Assembly: GCA_963843975.1 (NCBI GenBank)
Contig: CAWJMG010000001.1
Coordinates: 810,001-842,000, forward strand
Length of the DNA stretch: 32,000 nucleotides
Direction: 5' to 3'
From: an uncultured Actinomycetes bacterium
GTDB lineage: Bacteria; Actinomycetota; Actinomycetes; S36-B12; CAIYMF01
In this document: positions 10,130 through 18,515 of the stretch, in pieces
Layout of the letters: each line of letters opens with the position of its first letter
How positions within the stretch are numbered: position 1 is the first letter of the stretch
Made by a program: the position numbers and the translations under genes
Notes under the pieces: generated by a model
Seen by the model: only the letters and a program-made list of their open reading frames with translations
Databases searched by the model: none
What the model was told of the DNA's origin: nothing

Positions 10130-10170
10130 AGGTTATCGGGGCCCCGGAGCTGCTCTCGCACCGATAACGT
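10130..10170. promoter_or_regulatory. Divergent -10 elements (probable leaderless lysS and methyltransferase promoters) inside an inverted repeat
   Basis: Inverted repeat GTTATCGG (10132-10139) / CCGATAAC (10161-10168). TAACGT (10165-10170) lies 6 nt before the GTG at 10177. TAACCT on the minus strand (10130-10135) lies 7 nt before the lysS ATG at 10122. The intergenic region is only 54 bp and neither gene has a Shine-Dalgarno. Confidence 0.4.
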
Positions 10171-10176
10171 CGCGGC

Positions 10177-10926
10177 GTGACCGAGCCCAGCTACGAGGAC
10201 CGCCGCCTCTCCTTCGGGTCCGCCGCAAACCGGTACGACGCCCTGCGCCCCGGCTACCCGTCGTACGCCGTCGTCTGGGGCCTGCACGGCGCCACCCGCA
10301 CGGTCCGCGACGTCGCCGACGTCGGCGCCGGCACCGGCCTGTTCACCCAGCGCCTCGTCGACCTCGACCTCGAGGTGCGGGCCTTCGAGCCGGACGCCGG
10401 GATGCTCGACCAGCTCGGCGCGCGGCTGCCGGGGGTCGAGCGCGCCCAGGCCCCCGCCGAGTCGTTGCCGCTCCCAGACGCGTCCCTCGACGCGATCACC
10501 GCCGCCCAGGCCTGGCACTGGTTCGACCCGTCGGCCGCTGCCGCGGAGTTCACCCGGGTGCTGCGCCCGGGCGGCGTGGTGGTGCTCGTCTGGAACACCC
10601 GCGACACCCGCGTGCCGTGGATGGACGCGCTCTCCGACATCGTCGACGGCGGAGACTCCTTCCGGTCCAACCGCACCGAGGCGTTCGAGGCGATCGCCGC
10701 GGTCCACCCCGGGGTCGAGCGGGCCGACGTCCCGCACCGCGTCCTCATGACGCCGGACCAGGTGATCGGCCTGCTCTCGACGTACTCCTACGTGAACCTC
10801 CGCGAGGACGCCGACCACCTGTACGCCGCGGCCCGCGAGCTCATGGCCACGCACCCGGACACCCGCGGGCGGGCGCTGCTGGAGTTCCCGTACGTGACCG
10901 CGACGTACCGCTGGACGCGCCCCTGA
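10177..10926 (+). CDS. Class I SAM-dependent methyltransferase
   Basis: 249 aa with [16 protein letters not shown], motif [13 protein letters not shown], and AQAWHWFD (Methyltransf_11/25-like). Confidence 0.8.
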   Translation: MTEPSYEDRRLSFGSAANRYDALRPGYPSYAVVWGLHGATRTVRDVADVGAGTGLFTQRLVDLDLEVRAFEPDAGMLDQLGARLPGVERAQAPAESLPLPDASLDAITAAQAWHWFDPSAAAAEFTRVLRPGGVVVLVWNTRDTRVPWMDALSDIVDGGDSFRSNRTEAFEAIAAVHPGVERADVPHRVLMTPDQVIGLLSTYSYVNLREDADHLYAAARELMATHPDTRGRALLEFPYVTATYRWTRP

Positions 10927-10952
10927 CACCCGCGCGGCGCCTCGGAAGGTGA

Positions 10953-10972
10953 CACCGACGTCGCCGTCGGTG
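10953..10972 (+). terminator. Short hairpin downstream of the methyltransferase gene
   Basis: CACCGACG-TCGC-CGTCGGTG, an 8-bp perfect stem, 27 nt after the stop codon. There is no U-tract. Confidence 0.3.
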
Positions 10973-11104
10973 AGGACACCTGTAGCGCAGCGCCGGATCC
11001 CCTCAGGATCCGCTCACCGGAGCCGATCGGGGTCTCGACCTGGGCGTCGCCTGTGCGACCGTCGAGGGCCAACCGACCGTCCTGCTGTCCTCCCAGGAGC
11101 ACCC

Positions 11105-12022
11105 GTGCGCCTCCGCGCCCTCGCCGCCCTCACCGCCGCCGCGGCCTCGCTCACCGTCGTCGCCGCCCCGGCCCAGGCCGTCGTCGCCCCCGACCGCGGT
11201 GCCGCATCCTCCGTGGTGCTCGACAAGGAGGCAGTCGGGATCCTCACGCACCGCGGCGCCACCAAGGCCGTCGCGACGACCTCCCAGATCACCTACCGGA
11301 AGGGCCCGGTCATGACCGCGGCCACCGGCAACAAGGTCTACATCGTCTGGTACGGCGCCTGGGCCCCCGCAGCGCAGACGATCGTCACCGACCTCGTCTC
11401 CTCGCTCGGCGGCTCGCCCCGGTGGGGCGTCAACGCGACGTACTACGACACCGCGAAGAAGTACGTCTCCAAGACGCTGACCCTCGCCGGCCAGACCGTC
11501 GACCTGGTCGACCGCGGCCTCGCGCTCTCGGACACCGCGATCCGCTCGGCCGTCACCGACGCCATCGCCGCCAACCGCCTCCCCGCTGACAAGGACGGCG
11601 TCTACCTCGTGCTGACCGCCGCCGGCGTCACGGCGACGAGCGGCTTCCTCACGCAGTACTGCGGCTGGCACACCTACACGACCGTGTCGACGACCCCGAT
11701 CAAGTACGGCTTCATCGGCGACCCGACCGGCGCCTCGCTCGGCAACTGCGCCATGCAGACCACGTCCTCCCCCAACGGCAACGCCGGCGTCGACGCGATG
11801 GCCAGCGTGATCGTGCACGAGCTCGACGAGGCCGTCTCCGACCCGCAGCTCAACGCCTGGTACGACGCCCGCGGCTACGAGAACGCCGACAAGTGCGCCT
11901 GGACCTTCGGCACGACGTACGCCGCGACCGGCGGCGGCATCGCGAACGTGAAGCTCGGCGCCCGCGACTTCCTGGTGCAGCGCAACTGGAGCGCGAAGAC
12001 GCAGACCTGCACGATGAGCTGA
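11105..12022 (+). CDS. Secreted EXORDIUM-like / phosphate-induced protein 1 (PHI-1) family protein
   Basis: GTG at 11105 with AGGAG 6 nt upstream. Signal peptide VRLRALAALTAAAASLTVVAAPAQA. The mature part aligns block by block with plant EXO as I recall it: ITYRKGPVM...VYIVWYGAW, LTLAGQTVD, VYLVLTAAGV...YCGWHT, SPNGNAGVDAM, and a C-terminal TQTCT. Confidence 0.7.
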   Translation: MRLRALAALTAAAASLTVVAAPAQAVVAPDRGAASSVVLDKEAVGILTHRGATKAVATTSQITYRKGPVMTAATGNKVYIVWYGAWAPAAQTIVTDLVSSLGGSPRWGVNATYYDTAKKYVSKTLTLAGQTVDLVDRGLALSDTAIRSAVTDAIAANRLPADKDGVYLVLTAAGVTATSGFLTQYCGWHTYTTVSTTPIKYGFIGDPTGASLGNCAMQTTSSPNGNAGVDAMASVIVHELDEAVSDPQLNAWYDARGYENADKCAWTFGTTYAATGGGIANVKLGARDFLVQRNWSAKTQTCTMS

Positions 12023-12043
12023 CGCTCACGGCTCACCGCGCGG

Positions 12044-12080
12044 CGAAGGCCCGGACCCCCGAGGGAGGTCCGGGCCTTCG
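12044..12080. terminator. Bidirectional intrinsic-terminator-like hairpin between convergent genes
   Basis: A 14-bp perfect stem CGAAGGCCCGGACC / GGTCCGGGCCTTCG with a 9-nt loop, between the EXO-like gene (+) and coaX (-). Confidence 0.6.
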
Positions 12081-12097
12081 GCACGTGTCGGGGATGG

Positions 12098-12856
<759 letters not shown>

Positions 12857-12910
12857 GCGGGTCTCCGTGGGTCGTGGTCGCCCCCCACGAGGGTGGGACG
12901 CCGTGGGGAT

Positions 12911-13819
12911 CTACAAGGGGCGGAGGTCGGCTCCGACGTCGAGGACGGGAGCGGAGTGCGTGAGGGCGCCGACGGCGATGTAGTCGACGCCGGTGGCCCC
13001 GACCTCGGCGGCGTCCGGCAGCGTCAGGCCGCCGGAGGCCTCGAGGAGGGCGCGCTCGCGGCCGTGCGCGGCGGCGTGCTCGCGCGCGATGCCGACGGCG
13101 AGACGCATCTGGTCGGGCTTGAAGTTGTCGAGCAGCACGAGGTCGGCGCCGGCGTCGAGCACCTCGGTCAGCTGGCCGAGCGAGTCGACCTCGACCTCGA
13201 CGGCGAGGCCGGGGAACATCGCGCGGACGGCCTCGAACGCCGCCGCCACTCCCCCGGCGGCGACCACATGGTTGTCCTTCACGAGCGCAGCGTCCGACAA
13301 CGACATCCGGTGGTTCACGCCGCCGCCGCAGCGCACGGCGTACTTCTCGAGCACGCGCAGGCCCGGTGTGGTCTTGCGGGTGTCGCGCACCTTGGCTCCG
13401 GTGCCCTCGAGCGCGTCGGCCCACTGCGCGGTCGCCGTCGCGACGCCCGAGAGGTGGCACAGCAGGTTGAGCGCGGTGCGCTCCGCGGTGAGCAGGTCCC
13501 GCGTGCGGCCCTGCGCCGTCACGAGGATGTCGCCGTGGCCGACGCGGGTGCCGTCCGGCGTCACGACCGAGACGGTCGCGTCGCCCTCGGACACGGCGTC
13601 GAAGACGGCGGCCGCCACGGGCGCCCCGGCGGACACGCCGGTGCCGCGCACGACGAGGTCGAGGGTCGAGCGCTGGTCGGCCGGCACCGTCGCCGTCGAC
13701 GTGACGTCCACACCGCCGTCGAGGTCCTCCGCCACGGTGGCGCGCACGAGCGCCTCGACGTACGCCGGATCGAGACCCGTCGACTCGAGGGCAGCCACCA
13801 CTCCAGCACTCAGGCTCAT
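12911..13819 (-). CDS. nadC: Nicotinate-nucleotide pyrophosphorylase (carboxylating)
   Basis: 302 aa from the ATG at 13819. It has TAERTALNLLCHLSGVAT, DTRKTTPGLR, KYAVRCGGGVNHR and VEVEVDSL. Its ATG overlaps the nadB TGA (ATGA). Confidence 0.92.
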   Translation of the reverse strand: MSLSAGVVAALESTGLDPAYVEALVRATVAEDLDGGVDVTSTATVPADQRSTLDLVVRGTGVSAGAPVAAAVFDAVSEGDATVSVVTPDGTRVGHGDILVTAQGRTRDLLTAERTALNLLCHLSGVATATAQWADALEGTGAKVRDTRKTTPGLRVLEKYAVRCGGGVNHRMSLSDAALVKDNHVVAAGGVAAAFEAVRAMFPGLAVEVEVDSLGQLTEVLDAGADLVLLDNFKPDQMRLAVGIAREHAAAHGRERALLEASGGLTLPDAAEVGATGVDYIAVGALTHSAPVLDVGADLRPL

Positions 13820-15483
13820 GCCTTCTCCTTCTCGGGCGCGACGAACGCGGCCTCGGGCACGTCCTCGCGGACGGTGACGAGCACCCCGTCCTCGTCGAGC
13901 CGCGAGACGAGCCGGACGTGCCAGCTCTCGTTGTCGGTGTCGGGGTAGTCCTCGCGCCAGTGCGACCCGCGAGTCTCCTTGCGCATCTTGGCGTTCGCGG
14001 CGAGCACGGTGGCCACCGCGTGCACGTTCGTTGTCTCCCACGCCTTGGACCGGGGGTCGCCGGTGACGCTGTCCGCCAGCGCGTCGAGGACCCCGAGCGT
14101 GGTCGACATCGAGTCGCGAGAGCGCAGCACTCCGACGCCCTCGGTCATCGCGACCTGGATCGAGCGGCGCGCTGCCTCGCTCATGAGGACGCCGTCGCCG
14201 CGCGGCGGCAGCGGGTCGCGACGCTCGGGCAGACCCTCGGCGAGGACGTCGCCGATGCGCGACGCGAACACGAGGCCCTCGAGCAGCGAGTTGGACGCGA
14301 GCCGGTTGGCGCCGTGGACACCGGTGCAGGCGCACTCGCCGACGGCGTACAGGCCGCGCACCGAGGAGCGGCCGTAGGCGTCGGTGCGCACGCCACCCGA
14401 CGCGTAGTGCTGCGCAGGGGCGACAGGGATGAGGTCCTTGCTCGGGTCGATGCCGATCTTGCGCAGCGAGGCGAGGATCGTGGGGAAGCGCTTCTCCCAC
14501 ATCTCGGTGCCGAACTCGCGGGCGTCGAGCCACACGTGCTTGGCGCCGGTCTCGCGCATGCGGCGCATGATGGCCTTGGCGACGACGTCGCGCGGGGCGA
14601 GGTCGGCGAGCGGGTGCTGGCCCTGCATGAACGCGATGCCCGCGTCGTCGCGCAGCACGGCGCCCTCGCCTCGCACGGCCTCGCTGACGAGCGGCTGCTG
14701 GCCCTCGGCGCCGCTGCCGGTCCAGAGCACCGTCGGGTGGAACTGGACGAACTCGAGGTCGGCCACCATCGCCCCGGCCCGCAGCGCGAGAGCGACGCCG
14801 TCGCCCGTGGCCACGGCAGGGTTCGTCGACATGCTGAAGACCTGGCCGAGGCCACCGGTCGCGAGGACGACCGCGGGCGCGAGCACCGCGCCGACACCGT
14901 CGTGCTGACCTTCACCCATGACGTGCAGCGTGAGGCCCTGCGCGGCACCGCGGTCGTCGACGAGCAGGTCGAGCGCGAGCGCGTTCTCGATCACGCGGAT
15001 GCCGGCCCTGCCCGCCACGGCCGCGACGAGCGCGCGCGAGATCTCGGCGCCGGTGGCGTCGCCTCCGGCGTGGGCGATGCGGTCGCGCAGGTGCCCACCC
15101 TCACGGGTGAGCGCGATGTCGCCGGACTCGTCGGTGTCGAAGCGCGCGCCGAGCGCGATGAGGCGGCGGACGGCGTCCGGGCCCTCGGTGACGAGCGCGT
15201 GCACGGCACCCGGGTCGCAGAGGCCGGCGCCGGCGACGAGGGTGTCGACCTCGTGCTCGGCGGGCGAGTCGTCCGGCGAGAGCGCGGCAGCGATGCCGCC
15301 CTGAGCCCAGCGGGTCGAGCCCTCGTCGACCTGAGCCTTGGTGACGATGAGGACGCGGTAGCCGGCGGCGCGGGCGTGCAGCGCGGTGGTGAGGCCCGCG
15401 ACCCCGGAGCCGACGACGACGACGTCGGCCTCGATCGTCCAGCCGGGGGCGGGAGCGGCGAGGCGCCGCGGGAGACGGATCAC
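13816..15483 (-). CDS. nadB: L-aspartate oxidase
   Basis: 555 aa from the GTG at 15483. It has the FAD motif DVVVVGSGVAGLTTAL, plus RWAQGGIAA, EFVQFHPT and HGANRLASNSLLEGLVF. Its GTG overlaps the TGA of the panC terminal frame (GTGA). Confidence 0.9.
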   Translation of the reverse strand: MIRLPRRLAAPAPGWTIEADVVVVGSGVAGLTTALHARAAGYRVLIVTKAQVDEGSTRWAQGGIAAALSPDDSPAEHEVDTLVAGAGLCDPGAVHALVTEGPDAVRRLIALGARFDTDESGDIALTREGGHLRDRIAHAGGDATGAEISRALVAAVAGRAGIRVIENALALDLLVDDRGAAQGLTLHVMGEGQHDGVGAVLAPAVVLATGGLGQVFSMSTNPAVATGDGVALALRAGAMVADLEFVQFHPTVLWTGSGAEGQQPLVSEAVRGEGAVLRDDAGIAFMQGQHPLADLAPRDVVAKAIMRRMRETGAKHVWLDAREFGTEMWEKRFPTILASLRKIGIDPSKDLIPVAPAQHYASGGVRTDAYGRSSVRGLYAVGECACTGVHGANRLASNSLLEGLVFASRIGDVLAEGLPERRDPLPPRGDGVLMSEAARRSIQVAMTEGVGVLRSRDSMSTTLGVLDALADSVTGDPRSKAWETTNVHAVATVLAANAKMRKETRGSHWREDYPDTDNESWHVRLVSRLDEDGVLVTVREDVPEAAFVAPEKEKA

Positions 15484-16350
15484 TCGTGGCCACCGATCGC
15501 GATGCGGGCGTTGTCGAGCAGGCGGGTGGTGCCGATGCGGACGGCGAGCAGAAGACGTGCCTCGCCCTGCTCCGGCGGGGCGCCGAGCATGGGGTCGGTG
15601 ACGACGGCGTAGTCGGTGACGATGCCGTCGTGGTCGTCGAGGAACGACTGCACCGAGCTGCACGACGTCACGCGCAGAGCCGCCCGAGCGCGCGACGCCG
15701 GACCCGACGTCGAGCGCGTGCGGCACGGTGAGAGCGAGGTGCCGGTCGGCGTCGCTGAGGTAGGCGTTGCGGCTCGACAGCGCGAGGCCGTCCTCGGCGC
15801 GCACGGTCGGGACGCCGACGACCTCCACCGGCAGGTCGAGGTCGTGGACCATGCGCTTCACGAGGACGAGCTGCTGGTAGTCCTTCTCGCCCAGCAGCAG
15901 GACGTCGGCGCGGGTGAGGTGCAGCAGCTTCTGCACCACGGTGAGCACGCCGCGGAAGTGGCCGGGGCGCACGGCACCTTCGAGCAGCGTGCCCATCGCA
16001 CCCGGATCGACGGTGATGGCCGGGTCGCCGCCTCGGTAGATCGTCTCGACCGTCGGCACGAAGACGAGGTCGACGCCTTCGCGTGCGCAGAGGTCGACGT
16101 CGTCCTCGAGCGAGCGCGGGTACTTGGCGAGATCCTCGTTCGCGCCGAACTGCGTGGGGTTCACGAAGACCGACGCCGTCACGTGGCCACCGGGCCCGGC
16201 GAGCACGCGACCGGCGCGCATGAGCTGCGCATGCCCGGCGTGCAGCGCGCCCATCGTCGGCACGAGGACGCGCTTCGTGCCGGGTGCGAGGCCGGCGTAC
16301 GCGGCCCGGAGCGAGGTGCGCGACTGCACCACCCTCGTCTCGCCGGTCAT
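15480..16350 (-). pseudogene. panC: Pantoate--beta-alanine ligase, frameshifted as sequenced (871 nt = 3n+1)
   Basis: The N-terminal ~225 aa (MTGETRVVQSR...PTMGALHAGHAQLM...VFVNPTQF...LSSRNAYL) are in the nadB frame. The canonical C-terminus (DGIVTDYAVVTDP...LLLAVRIGTTRLLDN) is in a different frame (track ORF 15480-15671). The switch is near 15640-15690. This may be a sequencing indel rather than true decay. Confidence 0.7.
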
Positions 16351-17261
16351 CGCGTCTCCTCCTCGGTGCGGACGAGCACGTCGAGCAGAGCCTCGGCGCT
16401 CGACGCCTTCAACGTTCCTGCCGCGAGCGCGCGGTCGGCGGTGACCCGCGCGAGCGCGACGTACGCCGTGCGCGCCTCCGTCGACACCTCGCCGATCGCA
16501 CGCACGTGCGCAGCGACCGTACCCGCGTCGCCGCGCGCGACGGGGCCAGTGAGTGCGGCGTCGCCCTGGCGCAGCGCGTTGTCGAGAGCCGCCGACATCA
16601 GCGGCGCGACGAGACGTGCGGGGTGCTCGACGCCCGCTGCGGCGAGCAGGTCGAGGGTCTGCGCGACGAGCGTGACGAGGTGGTTGGCGCCGTGCGCGAG
16701 GGCCGCGTGGTACAGCGTGCGGCTGCCCTCCTCGACCCAGACCGGGTCGCCGCCCATCTCGACGACCAGGGCCTCGGCGACCGGGCGCAGCTGGTCGGGA
16801 GCGGTGACGCCGAACGGGCAGCCGGTGAGGCGCGCGAGGTCGAGGGACGTGCCGGTGAGGGTCATCACCGGGTGCAGCGCGAGCGGCAGCGTGCCCTGAC
16901 GCGTGGCGGGATCGAGCACGCCGTAGCCGTGGCGTCCGCTGGCGTGCGCGACGAACTGGCCGGTGCGAAACGACCGCGTCTCGGCGAGGCCGGCGACCAG
17001 CCCGGGCAGCACGTCGTCCGGCACCGTGAGCAGAACGAGGTCGGAGGCGGCCAGCACGTCGACCACGGGCACGAGCGGCACACCGGGCAGCAGGGCCTCG
17101 GCGCGCAGCCGGCTGGTGTCGCTGACGGCGTACGCCGCGACCACAGGGTGCCCCGCGCGGGCGAGAGCGGCGCCGAGCACGGCACCTGCGCGACCGGTGC
17201 CGACGACGCCGACGGACAGGCGCGGCGGTGCGCCGTCCTGCACGGGCTGGGCGTCGGTCAC
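16347..17261 (-). CDS. Rossmann-fold oxidoreductase-like protein (DUF2520-type), conserved upstream of panC
   Basis: A GxGxxG motif, VGVVGTGRAGAVLGAAL, lies near the N-terminus. The GTG at 17261 has GAGAGG 6 nt upstream. The stop overlaps the panC ATG (ATGA). The exact start is uncertain. Confidence 0.65.
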   Translation of the reverse strand: MTDAQPVQDGAPPRLSVGVVGTGRAGAVLGAALARAGHPVVAAYAVSDTSRLRAEALLPGVPLVPVVDVLAASDLVLLTVPDDVLPGLVAGLAETRSFRTGQFVAHASGRHGYGVLDPATRQGTLPLALHPVMTLTGTSLDLARLTGCPFGVTAPDQLRPVAEALVVEMGGDPVWVEEGSRTLYHAALAHGANHLVTLVAQTLDLLAAAGVEHPARLVAPLMSAALDNALRQGDAALTGPVARGDAGTVAAHVRAIGEVSTEARTAYVALARVTADRALAAGTLKASSAEALLDVLVRTEEETR

Positions 17262-17351
17262 GTGCGGCCTCTCGTTCCGGTCCGCGTGGGTACCGGTCGC
17301 TGACTGGGGTGGGCGTGCGTCTGCCGAACACAGCCAGCCTAACGACGCCGG

Positions 17352-17357
17352 TAGCGT
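17352..17357 (+). promoter_or_regulatory. -10 hexamer TAGCGT positioned for a leaderless MidA-family gene transcript
   Basis: TAGCGT ends 6 nt before the GTG at 17364, placing it at -12..-7 if transcription starts at the start codon. No Shine-Dalgarno is present. Confidence 0.4.
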
Positions 17358-17363
17358 GCCGCT

Positions 17364-18401
17364 GTGCCGACCGTGCCCCACTCTTCCGACGCCGCTGCCG
17401 CGGCGCCGTGGTCGGTCGCGTGGCGGCAGGCCGCGTCGACGTTCTACGCCGGTGCCGACGGCCGCTCCGCGCAGGATCCGGCGTCGCACTTCCGCACCTC
17501 CGCCCATGTGGGGCCCGCGCTCGGTGCGGCCCTCGCGCAGCTGCTCCTCGAGGTCGACGCATCACTCGGGCGTCCCGACCCGCTCGACCTCGTCGACGTC
17601 GGCACCGGCCACGGCGAGCTGCTCGTGTCGGTGCTCGCGGCACTCCCGCCGTCGGTCGGCTCGCGGCTGCGGATCACCGCTGTCGACGTACGCCGTCGCC
17701 CGGTCGGCCTCGAGCCGCGCATCCGCTGGATCGAGGGCTGGGCGCCCGACGCCGTGCCACGCGGGGTCCGCGGCCTGCTCGTCGCGCACGAGCTGCTCGA
17801 CGACGTCCCGTGCGATGTTGTCGAGGTGGACGACGCGGGTGCTCCTCGGCTCTTGCTCGTCGACGCGGCGGGAGGCGAGACCCTCGGGCCCGCGCTCACC
17901 GACGACGACGCCTGGACGTCGTACGGCCTTGACGCTTCACGCGCTCGCGCGTGGCTGTCGGCCTGGTGGCCGCTCGCGTCGCCGGGCGACCGTGCTGAGA
18001 TCGGCCTCTCGCGCGACGACCTGTGGCAGGAGGTCGTGTCGTGCGTCGACGCCGGCATCTCGCTCGCCGTCGACTACGGCCACGTGCGCGAGGCGCGTCC
18101 GTCGCAGGGCACTCTCACCGGCTACCGCTCCGGCGACGTCGTGGCCGCAGTGCCCGACGGCACGTGCAACCTCACCGCGCACGTCGCCGTCGACGCCGTC
18201 GCCCACCGCGCGGGCGCGTCGGTCGTACGTCAGCGCGACGCGCTCCTGGCGCTCGGCGTCGACGCCTCTCTGCCGGACCACGCGCTCTCGGTCAGCGATC
18301 CCCCGGCGTACCTCGACGCGCTCGCTGCGTCGTCCCAGGCCGCCGAGCTGCTCGACCCGACCGGCCTCGGCGCCTTCTGGTGGCTCCGCACCGACGTCTG
18401 A
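17364..18401 (+). CDS. SAM-dependent methyltransferase, MidA / NDUFAF7 (DUF185) family
   Basis: 345 aa. HFRTSAHVGPALGAALA, LVDVGTGHGELL, VAHELLDDVPCDVV, AVDYGH...QGTLTGYRSG...DGTCNLTAHVAVDAV follow the family's conserved blocks as I recall them. Confidence 0.7.
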   Translation: MPTVPHSSDAAAAAPWSVAWRQAASTFYAGADGRSAQDPASHFRTSAHVGPALGAALAQLLLEVDASLGRPDPLDLVDVGTGHGELLVSVLAALPPSVGSRLRITAVDVRRRPVGLEPRIRWIEGWAPDAVPRGVRGLLVAHELLDDVPCDVVEVDDAGAPRLLLVDAAGGETLGPALTDDDAWTSYGLDASRARAWLSAWWPLASPGDRAEIGLSRDDLWQEVVSCVDAGISLAVDYGHVREARPSQGTLTGYRSGDVVAAVPDGTCNLTAHVAVDAVAHRAGASVVRQRDALLALGVDASLPDHALSVSDPPAYLDALAASSQAAELLDPTGLGAFWWLRTDV

Positions 18402-18403
18402 CC

Positions 18404-18455
18404 CGATTTGGTAGTGCTAGAGCGTCACGGGTGACGCTCTAGCACTACCAAATCG
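18404..18455. repeat. Palindromic extragenic element, copy 2 (likely terminator of the MidA-family gene)
   Basis: CGATTTGGTAGTGCTAGAGCGTCAC-GG-GTGACGCTCTAGCACTACCAAATCG gives perfect 25-bp arms. It starts 2 nt after the stop codon. The outer 17 nt are identical to copy 1 and the inner stem is different. Confidence 0.75.
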
Positions 18456-18515
18456 TCGGGGCGTGCTGTGGTCGTGCGGCTGCGGGCGACGTACGGTGGC
18501 AGGGAGGTGAGCGCG

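Noticed and set aside
10123-10929. The 771-aa form of lysS extending to 10929.
   Set aside because: The extension is antisense to a well-supported methyltransferase gene and has junk composition. LysRS homology starts at the ATG at 10122.
11012-11018. GCTCACC upstream of the EXO/PHI-1-like gene resembles an actinomycete PHO-box unit (GTTCACC). That is tempting given the family's 'phosphate-induced' name.
   Set aside because: It is a single imperfect unit with no 11-bp direct-repeat partner, so it is indistinguishable from chance.
12857-12910. CCCCACG-N12-CGTGGGG (minus sense) in the nadC-coaX gap as an attenuator or internal terminator.
   Set aside because: It is a short stem in a G/C-rich context with no supporting features. 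coaX has its own GGAG site, and the gap may simply be a spacer.
12911-16350. nadB-nadC, without nadA, occupies the slot between panC and coaX where mycobacteria have panD. Could this be a novel pathway link?
   Set aside because: From memory the same panC-nadB-nadC-coaX order occurs in Streptomyces, so it looks like an ordinary lineage-wide arrangement. nadA and panD may simply lie elsewhere in the genome.
13816-17643. A single 1275-aa ORF spanning nadB, panC and upstream sequence.
   Set aside because: It is a composite. It contains nadB (own GTG at 15483), the out-of-frame tail of panC, the panC N-terminal domain, and off-frame sequence of the DUF2520 gene. See the panC frameshift finding for the only part that matters.
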